Shown: in pieces, positions 36,336-47,199 of the stretch | Layout of the letters: each line of letters begins with the position of its first letter | How positions within the stretch are numbered: position 1 is the first letter of the stretch | DNA from: Candidatus Omnitrophota bacterium | GTDB lineage: Bacteria; Ratteibacteria; UBA8468; MWAK01 | NCBI GenBank assembly: GCA_043797665.1 | Contig: JAZDPL010000060.1 | Coordinates: 1-55,867, forward strand | Length of the DNA: 55,867 nt | Direction of reading: 5' to 3' | Position numbers and translations under genes: made by a program | Notes under the pieces: model-generated | What the model was told of the DNA's origin: nothing | Seen by the model: only the letters and a program-made list of their open reading frames with translations | The model's database searches: none

Positions 36336-39145
36336 AGAAGAACAGATGGGTTGGGATGATGTTTCTTCTAATATTTTTAACCAGTATCGCCTCGGTTTAC
36401 GGTGGAGAAATAACCTTGAAGACCGAGGGTCTAATGGTCAAAGTAGACAGCACTGGTAAACTCAAGGTTACGGATTTAATAACGAATACTGAGGCAAAAA
36501 AGTACATAGATAGTTTTACCATTCTCAACGGCAAAAATAAGGATGAAGAACTGAATCCTGGCGCACCGGAAAAGACAGAACAGAGTGAGAACGGGTTCAA
36601 AAGTGTTTATCGCAACGTGGGTGGTTTTTTGAATATAACCCAGAGCTTTGAGAGAGCGGATAAGTTTATAAAGAGCACGATAGAAATTGAAAATACCGGT
36701 TCCGAACAGGCCTGGTTAAAAGTACGGTTCAATATGCCGGTGGTATCATCCACGGATAATTTAGTTTACTGGAACGGAAACAACCTCTACGAGGAAATCT
36801 TTGACGATTTAAAGAGAGAGGAACTGTTCAATACCTTTCCTATGGCCTGCGCCTACAGCAAAAAGAGCGGCGTGGCGGTTGGGATAGAAGCCCATCAGAT
36901 ATTTTCGCATATCGAGAACGGACTTCTTTACAATACCAACCAACCCGTTATCTACTACGGAGTAAAATTGGTAGTTGACCCCAAAAAAGTAAACAAGGTG
37001 GAATTTATAACCTATACCTTTAACCCTGATTATGGATATCTGAATGCGGTGGACAGTTACCAGAAGATATTTCCTGATATGTTTGGAGCGAAGACAGGGG
37101 TTGACAAAAGGGTTTATACCACCGCAATGACCACCTCGTCTCTCTATTATTACGAGGTACAGGGCCGTCCGGATTCGCTTTATATATCCCCGGAATTTCC
37201 CAGAAGGCATTTTGGAGGCTGGGTCTGGGGTTATGCTCCGGTCCAGGTCATTGGAGACTGGTACGGAACCAAGGAGATCACCGAAAATCCGGACCTGCAT
37301 TCCATGAAAGATGTGGAGTACGGCAGTTACGAAACATTCCAGAAGAATCGCAGGAAAGGTATTGAAGCCGCCAGTGTCAGGAATGCGGCCTATATGTTTT
37401 ATGTTATCAACTGGTGTGATAAAAAACTGGCGGATAAGTTTTATCCGGATTGTATCGTGACCGATAAGAATACGACCAATCTTTGCAATGGTTGGGTTTT
37501 AATGAACGATGCCGATTACCGGATGTGGTGCGGGGGGAATAAGTTCAGCCAGGACATGCAGAGAGATATTAAAAAGATAGCGGAGGAGTTGCCGATATCA
37601 GGTTTTTCGCTTGACTGTGTTTCCGGACCGGCTTTATGCCGGCAGACCGGTGTGGAAACGATGGAGGGCAAGGCTTACGACAGTGAAGGGGTGTACGCCA
37701 GAGAGGGGTCAGGGATGGCAAAGATGATGGATTATATCCACGGTCTGAAACGGGACGATAAGACAATGGGAATATCATCAAACCTGGCCGGTAATGCGCT
37801 TCAGTATTATGTGGCCATGAGAACCGACAATGCCCTGACAGACTGGGCATTTTCCGAGGCGCTGAACAATATTACGGCGGAGGAAATCCAGCGGTATCTG
37901 CTTGGAACACGACCACAGAACTGGTGTATTCTGATAGATAGTGAAAAATACGGCAGTACCTTGCCCTGGCAGGAATACAGCCCTGAGAAGATAAGGCAGA
38001 TATATAACAATATCCGGGATAACCTGATTCTATTTTCCTACCGGTTTGCCTATTTCCCACATCAAGCCTTAAGTTGGGGCAATGTGAAGATAATGAAGGC
38101 GATGCCTGTCTTTCAGAAATTAATTGCTGCCGGTTACCAGGTAATCCCGGCGGTAAAACTGAACGAAGACTTATGGCGGGCCCGGTATGGAAATGATTTG
38201 AACTCTTATCTCTTTATCGGCAACCAGAAGTTTACTGCCCAACAGATAACAGCAACCATAGACAACCGGTATCTTGGTAAAAGAGTATATCTCTTTTCGA
38301 AGTACGACGGGACTCCGGTTGATAACCTCATTGAAAATAACAAGACGGTCATCAACTATTCTTTAAAACCCAAGGAGCCGTTGATTCTTAAAGCTGTTCT
38401 GGGTATAAAAGATTGCGGAGGGGCTAAAGTTACCGGAAAAGCAGAAGAAGCCGGCGATATTAAGAGCGGAAGGGTAAAGATAAGTTTAAAGAGTACCAAA
38501 GGAATAAAGACGGAAATTTCCGTCAGGTTGCCCGAAGAAAATTCTGCAGTTGAGGTGAAGGTTAACGACCAGGCAATCGGTTTTAAATCCGGGGAAAGCA
38601 GGGTGGTCTTCGCCGCAACCCTGGGAACCGACAATAAAATAGAAGTTGGTTGGAAATCCAACCTCTTTCAAGTCTCTGAAGAACAGGTTCTGGCATACCA
38701 GTTTATTACTCCGGAGGGAAAATCAAGATGTACCATCGTAGTTGACGATGCGGCCGATGAAAATGATAATAATACTGCCTTCAGACTTCAGGAGTACTTT
38801 CGTTACTACTACGAAAAGGTCAAAAAGGACCCTGGCGTCAAAATACCGATTAAGAAAAAGTCTGAGGCTGGGGAATTAAAAAATGCGGTTTTAATCGGGA
38901 TAGACGCAAAATCAGGATATGGTATCAACATTTCAGCCGAGAATAATAACCTGGTCATCACCGCACCGGACAGTCTTACCCGTTTCGAAATGGTAAACAG
39001 ACTGATGATGGTCCTGGATAAGAAATATGTCTATTACGGAGTTATCGGGGACCCGGCAGATGCTAATGTCTATACCCGGGATCCGGCAACCCAGAAGATG
39101 CGGGAAAAAGCTGGTTTAGGGGTGGGAACAGTCTGGGAAGAATAA
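36332..39145 (+). CDS. large secreted protein (937 aa), function unknown, candidate glycan-active enzyme; paralog A
   Basis: Signal peptide. No motif that I can assign to a family. The central region has TIM-barrel-like strand motifs (ISGFSLDCVSG). Paralog of 40086-42911. Confidence 0.7.
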   Translation: MKKNRWVGMMFLLIFLTSIASVYGGEITLKTEGLMVKVDSTGKLKVTDLITNTEAKKYIDSFTILNGKNKDEELNPGAPEKTEQSENGFKSVYRNVGGFLNITQSFERADKFIKSTIEIENTGSEQAWLKVRFNMPVVSSTDNLVYWNGNNLYEEIFDDLKREELFNTFPMACAYSKKSGVAVGIEAHQIFSHIENGLLYNTNQPVIYYGVKLVVDPKKVNKVEFITYTFNPDYGYLNAVDSYQKIFPDMFGAKTGVDKRVYTTAMTTSSLYYYEVQGRPDSLYISPEFPRRHFGGWVWGYAPVQVIGDWYGTKEITENPDLHSMKDVEYGSYETFQKNRRKGIEAASVRNAAYMFYVINWCDKKLADKFYPDCIVTDKNTTNLCNGWVLMNDADYRMWCGGNKFSQDMQRDIKKIAEELPISGFSLDCVSGPALCRQTGVETMEGKAYDSEGVYAREGSGMAKMMDYIHGLKRDDKTMGISSNLAGNALQYYVAMRTDNALTDWAFSEALNNITAEEIQRYLLGTRPQNWCILIDSEKYGSTLPWQEYSPEKIRQIYNNIRDNLILFSYRFAYFPHQALSWGNVKIMKAMPVFQKLIAAGYQVIPAVKLNEDLWRARYGNDLNSYLFIGNQKFTAQQITATIDNRYLGKRVYLFSKYDGTPVDNLIENNKTVINYSLKPKEPLILKAVLGIKDCGGAKVTGKAEEAGDIKSGRVKISLKSTKGIKTEISVRLPEENSAVEVKVNDQAIGFKSGESRVVFAATLGTDNKIEVGWKSNLFQVSEEQVLAYQFITPEGKSRCTIVVDDAADENDNNTAFRLQEYFRYYYEKVKKDPGVKIPIKKKSEAGELKNAVLIGIDAKSGYGINISAENNNLVITAPDSLTRFEMVNRLMMVLDKKYVYYGVIGDPADANVYTRDPATQKMREKAGLGVGTVWEE

Positions 39146-39170
39146 TTCATTCAAAAACAGGAGAGGTTTT

Positions 39171-40058
39171 ATGGACAAGAGATGGTTTTTCTGGATGTTC
39201 GTGGCTGGAGTTTTGTTGGTAAATGGTCAGGTTAACGCCGAGTTCAAGCCGGACAAGAACACGACTTTACTGTTTCATTTTAATAAGGGGTTTACGGCTG
39301 ATTACGCCACGGGTGAAAGAAGTGGCACCGGGACAGCTGCGCTGACCCAAAACAACGGCGGCTACTGGGGCGAAGCGCTGATAGCCAAGAAAGGGTTATG
39401 CGTCAATTCCGACGGTCTGGAGGTTATGTACAAATGGTTGGAATATAAGGCACAGAACAATTATGATAGTAAAAAAGGGACGATTGAGTTGTGGGTAAAA
39501 CTTTTGAAAACCCCTTCAGAAATCGTGAGCGAAAAAGAGACAGAGAAATTTGCCCAAATGGTTCTGATATCCATAATCAAGTGGGACCAGCATGGGCAGC
39601 AATCTAACTGGGCAACACTGATGATTGATTACAACTTTTACGAAACACCGCAGTGGAAGGTTACTGTGTATGAAAGCAAAAAGGAACAGGATGTCTTTGT
39701 AGATGGCCAAGTCTGGAGTGAACTGTATCGTAACCGATTCCACTTAGATTACGACATCGTAGGCTGGAATAAAGAGGTATGGCACCATATTGCGTTTACC
39801 TGGGATGCGGAACAGAATACCAGAGCCTTATTTGTTGACGGTAAAAAGATTGGCACCGGGAATTCGAAGTATGAGGACAAATTCCAGGAACTGGTTCCAG
39901 AAGCAGGACGTCTCCTTGTTGGTGGGTATTTCAGTGACAATACGATGAATCTTCCCTGCGTGATTGATGAGGTACGGATTTCCAACATTGTCAGATATAC
40001 CGAGGATTTTGTACCGCCATCCCAAAAAGTTGGTGGGGCTGAGGATAAAGAGCAGTAG
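39171..40058 (+). CDS. secreted LamG/ConA-like jellyroll protein, paralog 2
   Basis: WHHIAFTWD, LFVDGK, VIDEVRISNIVRY. About 40% identical to paralog 1 and ~88% to paralog 3. Confidence 0.7.
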   Translation: MDKRWFFWMFVAGVLLVNGQVNAEFKPDKNTTLLFHFNKGFTADYATGERSGTGTAALTQNNGGYWGEALIAKKGLCVNSDGLEVMYKWLEYKAQNNYDSKKGTIELWVKLLKTPSEIVSEKETEKFAQMVLISIIKWDQHGQQSNWATLMIDYNFYETPQWKVTVYESKKEQDVFVDGQVWSELYRNRFHLDYDIVGWNKEVWHHIAFTWDAEQNTRALFVDGKKIGTGNSKYEDKFQELVPEAGRLLVGGYFSDNTMNLPCVIDEVRISNIVRYTEDFVPPSQKVGGAEDKEQ

Positions 40059-40085
40059 TTTTCGCTCTAAGTAGAAGGAGGAGAA

Positions 40086-42911
40086 ATGAAAAAGTTCTGG
40101 GTATTCGGGGCGGTAATATTATGGTTTTTGGCTGGTTTTTGTGATGCGGCAGTCTCGGCCGGCGGAGAAGTTACACTAAAAACGAGTGGGTTAACTATCA
40201 AGGTTAACAGTGAGGGAAAGATTAAGGTGAATGATCTGATTGACGGGACTGAATCAAAAGAGTATATAAACAGTTTTACCATTCTCAACGGCAAAAATAA
40301 GGATGAAGAGCTGAATCCTGGCGCACCGGAAAAGATAGAACAAAGTGAGAACGGTTTCAAAAGTGTTTATCACAACGTGGGTGGCTTTTTAAATATAACG
40401 CAAAGTTTTGAAGCCGCGGGTAATTTTATCAAGAGCACGATAGAGGTTGAAAATACCGGTTCCGAACAGGCATGGTTAAAAGTACGGTTCAATATGCCGG
40501 TGGTATCATCCACGAATAATTTAGTTTACTGGAACGGAAATAACCTCTACGAGGAAATTTTTGACGATTTAAAGAGAGAGGAGCTGTTCAATACCTTTCC
40601 TATGGCCTGCGCCTACAGCAAAAAGAGCGGCGTGGCGGTTGGAATAAACGCCCACCAGATATTCTCATATATTGAGAACGGGCTTCTTCATAGTACCCCC
40701 TCCCCTGTTATCTACTACGGAGTAAAACTGGTGGTTGACCCCAAAAAAGTAAACAAGGTGGAATTTATAACCTATACCTTTAACCCCGACTATGGATATC
40801 TGAATGCGGTGGACAGTTACCAGGAGATATTTCCGGATATGTTTGGAGCGAAGACCGGGGTTGACAAAAGAGTTCATACCACCGCAAAAACCACCTCGTA
40901 TCTCTATTATTACGAGATATGGGAGCATCGTTTGGAATCGCTTTACCTATCCCCGGAATTCCCCAGAAGGCATTTGGGAGGCTGGGTCTGGGGATATGCT
41001 CCGGTCCAGGTCATTGGAGACTGGTACGGAACCAAGGAAATCACCGAAAATCCGGACCTGCATTCCATGAAAGATGTGGAATACGGCAGTTACGAAGCAT
41101 TTCAGAAGAACCGCCGGAGAGGTATTGAAGCGGCCAGAGTAAGAGATGCGGCTTATATGTTTTATGTTAGCAACTGGTGTGATAAAAAACTGGCTGATAA
41201 GCTTTATCCGGATTGTATCGTGACCGATAAGAATACGACCAATTTGCTTTATGGTTGGACCTTAGGAAATGATGCCGAACATCGAATGTGGGTTTGGGGA
41301 AACGCTTTGGGCCGGGATATGATGAGGGACATTAAAAAGATAGCGGAAGAGTTACCGGTATCCGGCTTTTCGCTTGACTGTGTTTCCGGGCCGGGGATAT
41401 GCCGGCAGACCGGCGTGGAGACGATGGAAGGCAGGGCTTACGACGGTGAAGGCGTGTACGCCAGGGAGGGGTCCGGGATGGCAAAGATGATGGATTATAT
41501 CCACGGACTGAAAAGGGACGGGAAGACGATGGGGATATCATCAAACCTGGCTGGTAATGCGATTCAATATTATGTGGCCATGAGAACAGACAATGCCCTG
41601 ACAGACGCGGCATTTTCCGAAGCACTGAACAATATTACGACGGAGGAAATCCAACGGTATTTACTCGGAACACGGCCCCAGAACTGGTGTATCCTCATAG
41701 ACAACGAAAAGTACGGCAGTACCCTACCCTGGCAGGATTACAGTCCTGAAAAGACAAGGCAGATATATAATAACATTCGGGATAACCTGATTCTATTTTC
41801 CTACCGGTTTGCTTATTTCCCGAATTACGCCTTAAGTTGGGGCAATGTGGCGATAATGAAGGCGATGCCTGTCTTTCAGAAATTAATTGCGGCCGGTTAC
41901 CAGGTAATCCCGGCGGTAAGGCTGAATGAAAACCTGTGGCGGGCTCGTTACGGAAAGGGACTAAACTCTTATCTCTTTATCGGTAACCAGAAGTTTACTG
42001 CCCAACAAGTAACGGCCACGATAGATAACCGGTATCTTGGCCCGGGAGTTTATCTCTTTTCGAAGTACGACGGGACTCCTATTAATAACATCATGGAAAA
42101 TAATAAAACGACTGTCAGTTATTCTTTAAAACCCAAGGAACCGTTGATTCTAAAAGCCGTTCTAAACATAAAAGATTGCGGAGGGGCTAAAGTTACCGGG
42201 AAAGCAGAAGAGACCGGCGATATTCAGAGCGGAAGAATAAAGATAAGTTTAAAAAGTACAAAAAGCATAAAGACGGAAATTTCCGTCAGGGTACCCGAAG
42301 AAAGTTCTGCAGTTGAGGTTAAGGTTAACAACCAGGCAATCGATTTTAAATCCGGGGAAGGTAAGGCAGCCTTCACCGCAACTCTGGGAACCGACAATAA
42401 AATAGAAGTTGGTTGGAAATCTAACCTCTTTCAGGTTTCTGAAGAACAGGTCCTGGCATACCAGTTTATTACTCCGGAGGGAAAATCAAGATGTATCATC
42501 GTAGTTGACGATGCGGCCGATGAAAATGATAATAATACTGCCTTCAGACTTCAGGAGTACTTTCGATACTATTACGAAAAGGTCAAAAAAGACCCTGGCG
42601 TCAAAATACCGATTAAGAAAAAGTCCGAGGCTGGGGAATTAAAGAATTCGGTTTTAATCGGGATAGACGCAAAATCAGGATACGGTATCAACATTTCAGC
42701 AGACAATAATAACTTAACCATCACCGCACCGGATAGTCTTACCCGTTTCGAAATGACAAACAGACTGATGATGGTCCTGGATGAGAAGTACCCCTATTAC
42801 GGAGTTATTGGAGACCCGGGGGCAAAAGATGGTAATAACTATACTCAGGATCCGGCTACTCAGAAGATGCGGGAAAAGGCTGGTTTAGGAGTGGGAACAA
42901 TCTGGGAATAA
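40086..42911 (+). CDS. large secreted protein (941 aa), paralog B of 36332-39145
   Basis: About 85-90% aa identity to paralog A, with a localised divergent patch. Signal peptide present. Confidence 0.7.
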   Translation: MKKFWVFGAVILWFLAGFCDAAVSAGGEVTLKTSGLTIKVNSEGKIKVNDLIDGTESKEYINSFTILNGKNKDEELNPGAPEKIEQSENGFKSVYHNVGGFLNITQSFEAAGNFIKSTIEVENTGSEQAWLKVRFNMPVVSSTNNLVYWNGNNLYEEIFDDLKREELFNTFPMACAYSKKSGVAVGINAHQIFSYIENGLLHSTPSPVIYYGVKLVVDPKKVNKVEFITYTFNPDYGYLNAVDSYQEIFPDMFGAKTGVDKRVHTTAKTTSYLYYYEIWEHRLESLYLSPEFPRRHLGGWVWGYAPVQVIGDWYGTKEITENPDLHSMKDVEYGSYEAFQKNRRRGIEAARVRDAAYMFYVSNWCDKKLADKLYPDCIVTDKNTTNLLYGWTLGNDAEHRMWVWGNALGRDMMRDIKKIAEELPVSGFSLDCVSGPGICRQTGVETMEGRAYDGEGVYAREGSGMAKMMDYIHGLKRDGKTMGISSNLAGNAIQYYVAMRTDNALTDAAFSEALNNITTEEIQRYLLGTRPQNWCILIDNEKYGSTLPWQDYSPEKTRQIYNNIRDNLILFSYRFAYFPNYALSWGNVAIMKAMPVFQKLIAAGYQVIPAVRLNENLWRARYGKGLNSYLFIGNQKFTAQQVTATIDNRYLGPGVYLFSKYDGTPINNIMENNKTTVSYSLKPKEPLILKAVLNIKDCGGAKVTGKAEETGDIQSGRIKISLKSTKSIKTEISVRVPEESSAVEVKVNNQAIDFKSGEGKAAFTATLGTDNKIEVGWKSNLFQVSEEQVLAYQFITPEGKSRCIIVVDDAADENDNNTAFRLQEYFRYYYEKVKKDPGVKIPIKKKSEAGELKNSVLIGIDAKSGYGINISADNNNLTITAPDSLTRFEMTNRLMMVLDEKYPYYGVIGDPGAKDGNNYTQDPATQKMREKAGLGVGTIWE

Positions 42912-42933
42912 TATTTTCGAATAGGGAGGGGAT

Positions 42934-43827
42934 ATGCGGAGAAGAATAGTTTTTTTAGGGTTGGTAGTTATGGGAATGTGGCTGACAAAGAGTATAGCCA
43001 GCGGCGGTGAGTTTAAACCAGACAAGAACACAACCTTTCTGGTTCACTTCAACGAAAAGTTTGAGGCAGACTACGCCACAGGTGAAAGGGGAGGCACCGG
43101 GACAGCTGCGCTGACCCAAAACAACGGCGGCTACTGGGGTGAAGCGCTGATAGCCAAAAAAGGGTTATGCGTCAATACCGACGGTCTGGAAATGATGTAC
43201 AGGTGGTTGGAATATAAAGCCCAGAACAACTATGATAGTAAGAAGGGGACGATTGAGTTGTGGGCAAAACTTTTGAAAAACCCTTCAGAAATCGTGAGCG
43301 AAAAAGAAACGGAGAAATTTTCCCAGATGGTTCTGGTAGCCATAAGCAAGGGGGACCAGCATGGCCAACACAGTAACTGGGCGATGCTGATGATTGATTA
43401 CAACTTTCACGAAATACCGCAGTGGAAGGTTACTATGCTTGAAAGCAAAAAGGAGCAGGATGTCTTTGTAGATGGCCAAGCCTGGAGTGAACTGTATCGT
43501 AACCGATTCCACTTAGATTACGACATCGCAGACTGGAATAAAGAGGTATGGCACCATATTGCGTTAACCTGGGATGCGGAACAAAATACCAGAGCCTTAT
43601 TTATTGACGGTAAAAAGGTGGCAACGGGAAGATCTAAATACGAAGACCGTTTCCAGGAACTGGTTCCAGAGGCAAAACGTTTATTTGTTGGTGGGTATTT
43701 CAGTGACAATTCGATGAACCTTCCTTGTGTGATAGATGAAGTGCGTATTTCCAACATTGTCAGATATACCGAGGACTTTGTACCGCCATCCCAAAAAGTT
43801 GATGGGGCTGAGGGTAAAGAACAGTAG
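42934..43827 (+). CDS. secreted LamG/ConA-like jellyroll protein, paralog 3
   Basis: Near-duplicate of 39171-40058. Confidence 0.7.
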   Translation: MRRRIVFLGLVVMGMWLTKSIASGGEFKPDKNTTFLVHFNEKFEADYATGERGGTGTAALTQNNGGYWGEALIAKKGLCVNTDGLEMMYRWLEYKAQNNYDSKKGTIELWAKLLKNPSEIVSEKETEKFSQMVLVAISKGDQHGQHSNWAMLMIDYNFHEIPQWKVTMLESKKEQDVFVDGQAWSELYRNRFHLDYDIADWNKEVWHHIALTWDAEQNTRALFIDGKKVATGRSKYEDRFQELVPEAKRLFVGGYFSDNSMNLPCVIDEVRISNIVRYTEDFVPPSQKVDGAEGKEQ

Positions 43828-43855
43828 GTTTCGCTCTAAGTAATGAGGGAGGAAT

Positions 43856-45106
43856 ATGGTCGGAGAAAGAAACAAGGTTTCTTTTTTGCGGACAGGTCTA
43901 ACGACCGGAATTTTGGTTCTTTCGCTTCTGGTTAATTATGCCCGGGCAGATTGCCGGATAAGTAAAGGGAAAGAGGATAGATGGGAAGCAATTGTCCTTG
44001 AAAACGACTATATCCGGGTTAAGGTATTGCCGGAATCGAACGGTAGAATAGCGGAATATATCCTGAAAGGCGCCGGAGGGGAAAGGAAGTTCTTCCCGAA
44101 GATGGTCTTCAAAACCTTTGAAATTATGCCGGATGTCGAAACGATACTGGAGACAAATTTTTCCGGACTTGAAGATTGGATATGGGAAGTTGGTCTAACA
44201 AAGCAATATCTGAAATACCAGAGTAAAATTTTGGAAAAGAGTAAGGAGAAATCTTCGGTGGAACTGTCTCTGGCTGGCAGCGAGTACCGGATAATAAAAA
44301 CCGTCAGCATCTTTAAGGACAGTTCCGAAGTAGCGATACAGGTCAAATTGGTAAACCGGACGTCGGAGAAGAAAATCGGTTCCTACTGGCCGCATACCTG
44401 CATCGCCCTGGACGGAGTAATAGACAACGATAATACGAGGATATATGTTCCGATGAACCCGTCAACAAATCTGGAAAGGCGAAAAGGCCTGTATCTCCAG
44501 AAGATTGAGCAAGAGACTGTTTACAGCCGGAAGGTCAGTGACCGGGGAAAAGATAATGGTTCGGACTTTTTTGCCCCGGCCCAGGAATGGTGGGCGATGG
44601 TCAAAGATAATCTGGTCCTGGGTATGCTGGTTCCCCTTTCCGAAACAGACCGGGATGGGATGTACTACTCCTGGTCTGGTCCGGCGGGTCTTTCGATGGA
44701 GTTAATTTATAACTCTTATGAGTTTTTACCCGGGCAAGAACAAATTTACCATCTGAGTTTCGTATCCACCGAAGGGTTAGATTCGATAGATTATATCAAC
44801 AAGTACATAACTTTGGCGGTGGGAAGAGAAAAGGTGAAAGTAATCGGCGACGTGGTAACCGTACCGATTAAGATAAGCGGCGTTCGGAAAATCTCGAATT
44901 ATCGTTTGGAACTGATTGCCATCGATAAAAATGGAAACGAAATAACAAAGGGGGTAATCGAAATTTCAGAACTGACACCGATAAAAGTCATCGAAAAAGA
45001 GGTTGCTCTAAAGGGAATTAAGGATAAAGGATACGGATTAAAGTTCCGGTTATACGACAGCAAGGGAACCAAAATAGATGAAAACAAACTCCTGGGGATT
45101 TTCTAA
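43856..45106 (+). CDS. hypothetical secreted protein (416 aa)
   Basis: Hydrophobic N-terminus with a Cys near the predicted cleavage site. No recognised motif. Confidence 0.55.
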   Translation: MVGERNKVSFLRTGLTTGILVLSLLVNYARADCRISKGKEDRWEAIVLENDYIRVKVLPESNGRIAEYILKGAGGERKFFPKMVFKTFEIMPDVETILETNFSGLEDWIWEVGLTKQYLKYQSKILEKSKEKSSVELSLAGSEYRIIKTVSIFKDSSEVAIQVKLVNRTSEKKIGSYWPHTCIALDGVIDNDNTRIYVPMNPSTNLERRKGLYLQKIEQETVYSRKVSDRGKDNGSDFFAPAQEWWAMVKDNLVLGMLVPLSETDRDGMYYSWSGPAGLSMELIYNSYEFLPGQEQIYHLSFVSTEGLDSIDYINKYITLAVGREKVKVIGDVVTVPIKISGVRKISNYRLELIAIDKNGNEITKGVIEISELTPIKVIEKEVALKGIKDKGYGLKFRLYDSKGTKIDENKLLGIF

Positions 45107-45108
45107 AG

Positions 45109-47199
45109 ATGGATACAAAAAAGAATCGGAAATTCATTGACGGGTTCAATCCGGAAAAGTTTTTGGTGGCGTTAGAAACGCCCAATATGGACCTGGATAC
45201 ACCTGAGATGCAATACATCATCAAGCACAAGATGTGCAATGCCTTTGACTGGTGGCCGTACCTTACCAACGAACAGGTCAACTTTCTGAAGAAGAATCCA
45301 TCCTACGGATTATCTCTCTTCCTACCCGCTGCAACCCAAATTCTAAAAATATACAAAGAAAATACTATCGTAGGCAGGAGGATTGAGCCAACAAAAACTT
45401 TTGTCGCTAAAGAGTTGAAAAAACTGGAAGAGTTGACGCCGGTTCTGAATGGAAATGTCTGGTGGGACGCTTTCCCGGAATGCGATTCCTCAGGTTACGA
45501 GTTCCCCGGAGAGATTTATGCCAAAAGGTTAAGGTTCAAATCCCGGGTTGACGCTTACCAGAAACTAAAGAGTTATATCCTTAACCAGAACATATTCCGG
45601 GACTTCAGGAAAAGGAAAAAGTCTTTACCAAAAGTTATGGCTATATCCGGTCTAATGGCAGTGACGCCTTACCTTTACGAATGGGGTATGGACCTTGGCC
45701 TGGTCGAGATCTGTATTGATTCGCTTTCAGACATTCATCCGGTGATTGCGATGCAGCGGGGAATAGCCAGACAGTACAACAAGAAATGGGGATTAGACAT
45801 ATCTCACTGGAGAATGGTGGGTCCGACGATGTACAATGACAAGATGCAGCTGATATCCGGCTGGTCGGAGAATTATCTGGAGCGAAATCTGTATCTCGCT
45901 TATATGTCTGGAGCCAATTTTATACGGATTGAAGAGGTGGTAAGCCGCAATGAAACCACCAGTACCGGAGAAGCAGGTAAAAACTGCGCCTTTGTTTTAA
46001 GCCCGGACAAAAAGACGGCGATACCAACACCACTGGGTCGGATGCTGGAGAAGTTTACCCGCTTTACCCTCAGCCATGGAAAAGAACGGGGCGAGACCTA
46101 TGTTCCGGTAGCGCTGATGATAGACTACTACAGCGGATGGCAGCCTAAAAGCAACTTTAAAAAGGATGATACGGTATGGTTTGGCCAGATTCCCTTCAAC
46201 GACGGTGATTATATGCTCGACAATTTCATGAACCTCGTCTACGAAGGGTACCATCGTTCGGGAACCATGGATGGAGCCCCTTACGCTATCGCCAAGGATT
46301 ACGATTACACACTCTGGGAAGGTTTTCAGGAAAGAAAAGCGACGGCAATCTACGAAAAGTTACTTTCAGAAGGGTTCGATGCCAGGCCATACGAATCTAT
46401 CAGTACCGCGATATTCGGAGACAGTTTCGATTTTGTCCTTTCCAACGCAACCTGCGAAATCCTTAAAAAATATAAAGCAGTAATTCTACTGGGAGAGATA
46501 AAGATACGTCCCAAATTAGCAGCCGAAATCGTCCACTATGTAGAAGATGGGGGTACGCTGGTAATAAATGTAAAGCAGAGTGCGGCTTTTGACCGGTCTT
46601 TTCTGGGAGTATCTATCAGCCGGGAGGTCAAGGAAGATAACAGTTCGAAATGTTTAGCCTGTGGTCACCATTTTGGAGAAAGTTTTAAGGATGGAAATAA
46701 CGAGGAGCCCTGGTACCAATATCCCGTTGTTAAACCTTTAACCGCAAAAGGTATCGCCAAAAACGACTTGGGCGATTTTTTGCTAACCGAAAACAGGTAC
46801 CGTAAAGGCAGGGTGATTCTTGATGCGCCATACTACGGATATGGTAAGAGGAATAAAAAGAGTGCGGTACGGATAGTCAAACATTATATTCACCACCTGA
46901 TGGACGAAATGGCACTGGTCGAAATCGAAGGTAAAGATATTACCTATATTATTAACCGGAAAAAGGATGGGTTCCGATTGATGTTGTTGAACAACCACAA
47001 CTATGCCTGGTCAGGTACCATCAAAGTACATACCGGCAGAAGATGCCGGGTTATCGACCTACTCGGACAAAAAAGAGTTTCCGCAGGTTATTCAGACGGG
47101 AAACTTTCATTCAAACAAGAAATAGAACCTTTCTGTTTCATTCTCTGCGACATTTCTTCGAAGGGGGACAAAGGATGCTGTCACGTGAAAGAGTCCTGA
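45109..47199 (+). CDS. hypothetical cytoplasmic protein (696 aa); C-terminal region resembles the GATase1-like/beta-galactosidase-trimerisation-type domain
   Basis: No signal peptide. AVILLGEIKIRPKLAAEIVHYVEDGGTLVI is reminiscent of DJ-1/PfpI-like domains found in GH42-type proteins. This assignment is weak. Confidence 0.55.
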   Translation: MDTKKNRKFIDGFNPEKFLVALETPNMDLDTPEMQYIIKHKMCNAFDWWPYLTNEQVNFLKKNPSYGLSLFLPAATQILKIYKENTIVGRRIEPTKTFVAKELKKLEELTPVLNGNVWWDAFPECDSSGYEFPGEIYAKRLRFKSRVDAYQKLKSYILNQNIFRDFRKRKKSLPKVMAISGLMAVTPYLYEWGMDLGLVEICIDSLSDIHPVIAMQRGIARQYNKKWGLDISHWRMVGPTMYNDKMQLISGWSENYLERNLYLAYMSGANFIRIEEVVSRNETTSTGEAGKNCAFVLSPDKKTAIPTPLGRMLEKFTRFTLSHGKERGETYVPVALMIDYYSGWQPKSNFKKDDTVWFGQIPFNDGDYMLDNFMNLVYEGYHRSGTMDGAPYAIAKDYDYTLWEGFQERKATAIYEKLLSEGFDARPYESISTAIFGDSFDFVLSNATCEILKKYKAVILLGEIKIRPKLAAEIVHYVEDGGTLVINVKQSAAFDRSFLGVSISREVKEDNSSKCLACGHHFGESFKDGNNEEPWYQYPVVKPLTAKGIAKNDLGDFLLTENRYRKGRVILDAPYYGYGKRNKKSAVRIVKHYIHHLMDEMALVEIEGKDITYIINRKKDGFRLMLLNNHNYAWSGTIKVHTGRRCRVIDLLGQKRVSAGYSDGKLSFKQEIEPFCFILCDISSKGDKGCCHVKES

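Larger units (their letters stand above)
36332..43855 (+). repeat. tandem segmental duplication: unit A 36332-40085 and unit B 40086-43855 (large gene + LamG gene + shared 3' flank tttcgctctaagta)
   Basis: Long stretches are 90-96% identical at the DNA level, for example 36500-36660 against 40250-40410 and 38640-38960 against 42400-42720. Confidence 0.85.

Noticed and set aside
36397-36600. Antisense ORFs 36397-36600 and 40067-40360, which are paralogous to each other
   Set aside because: Their conservation is a by-product of the segmental duplication of the sense genes, not evidence of coding.
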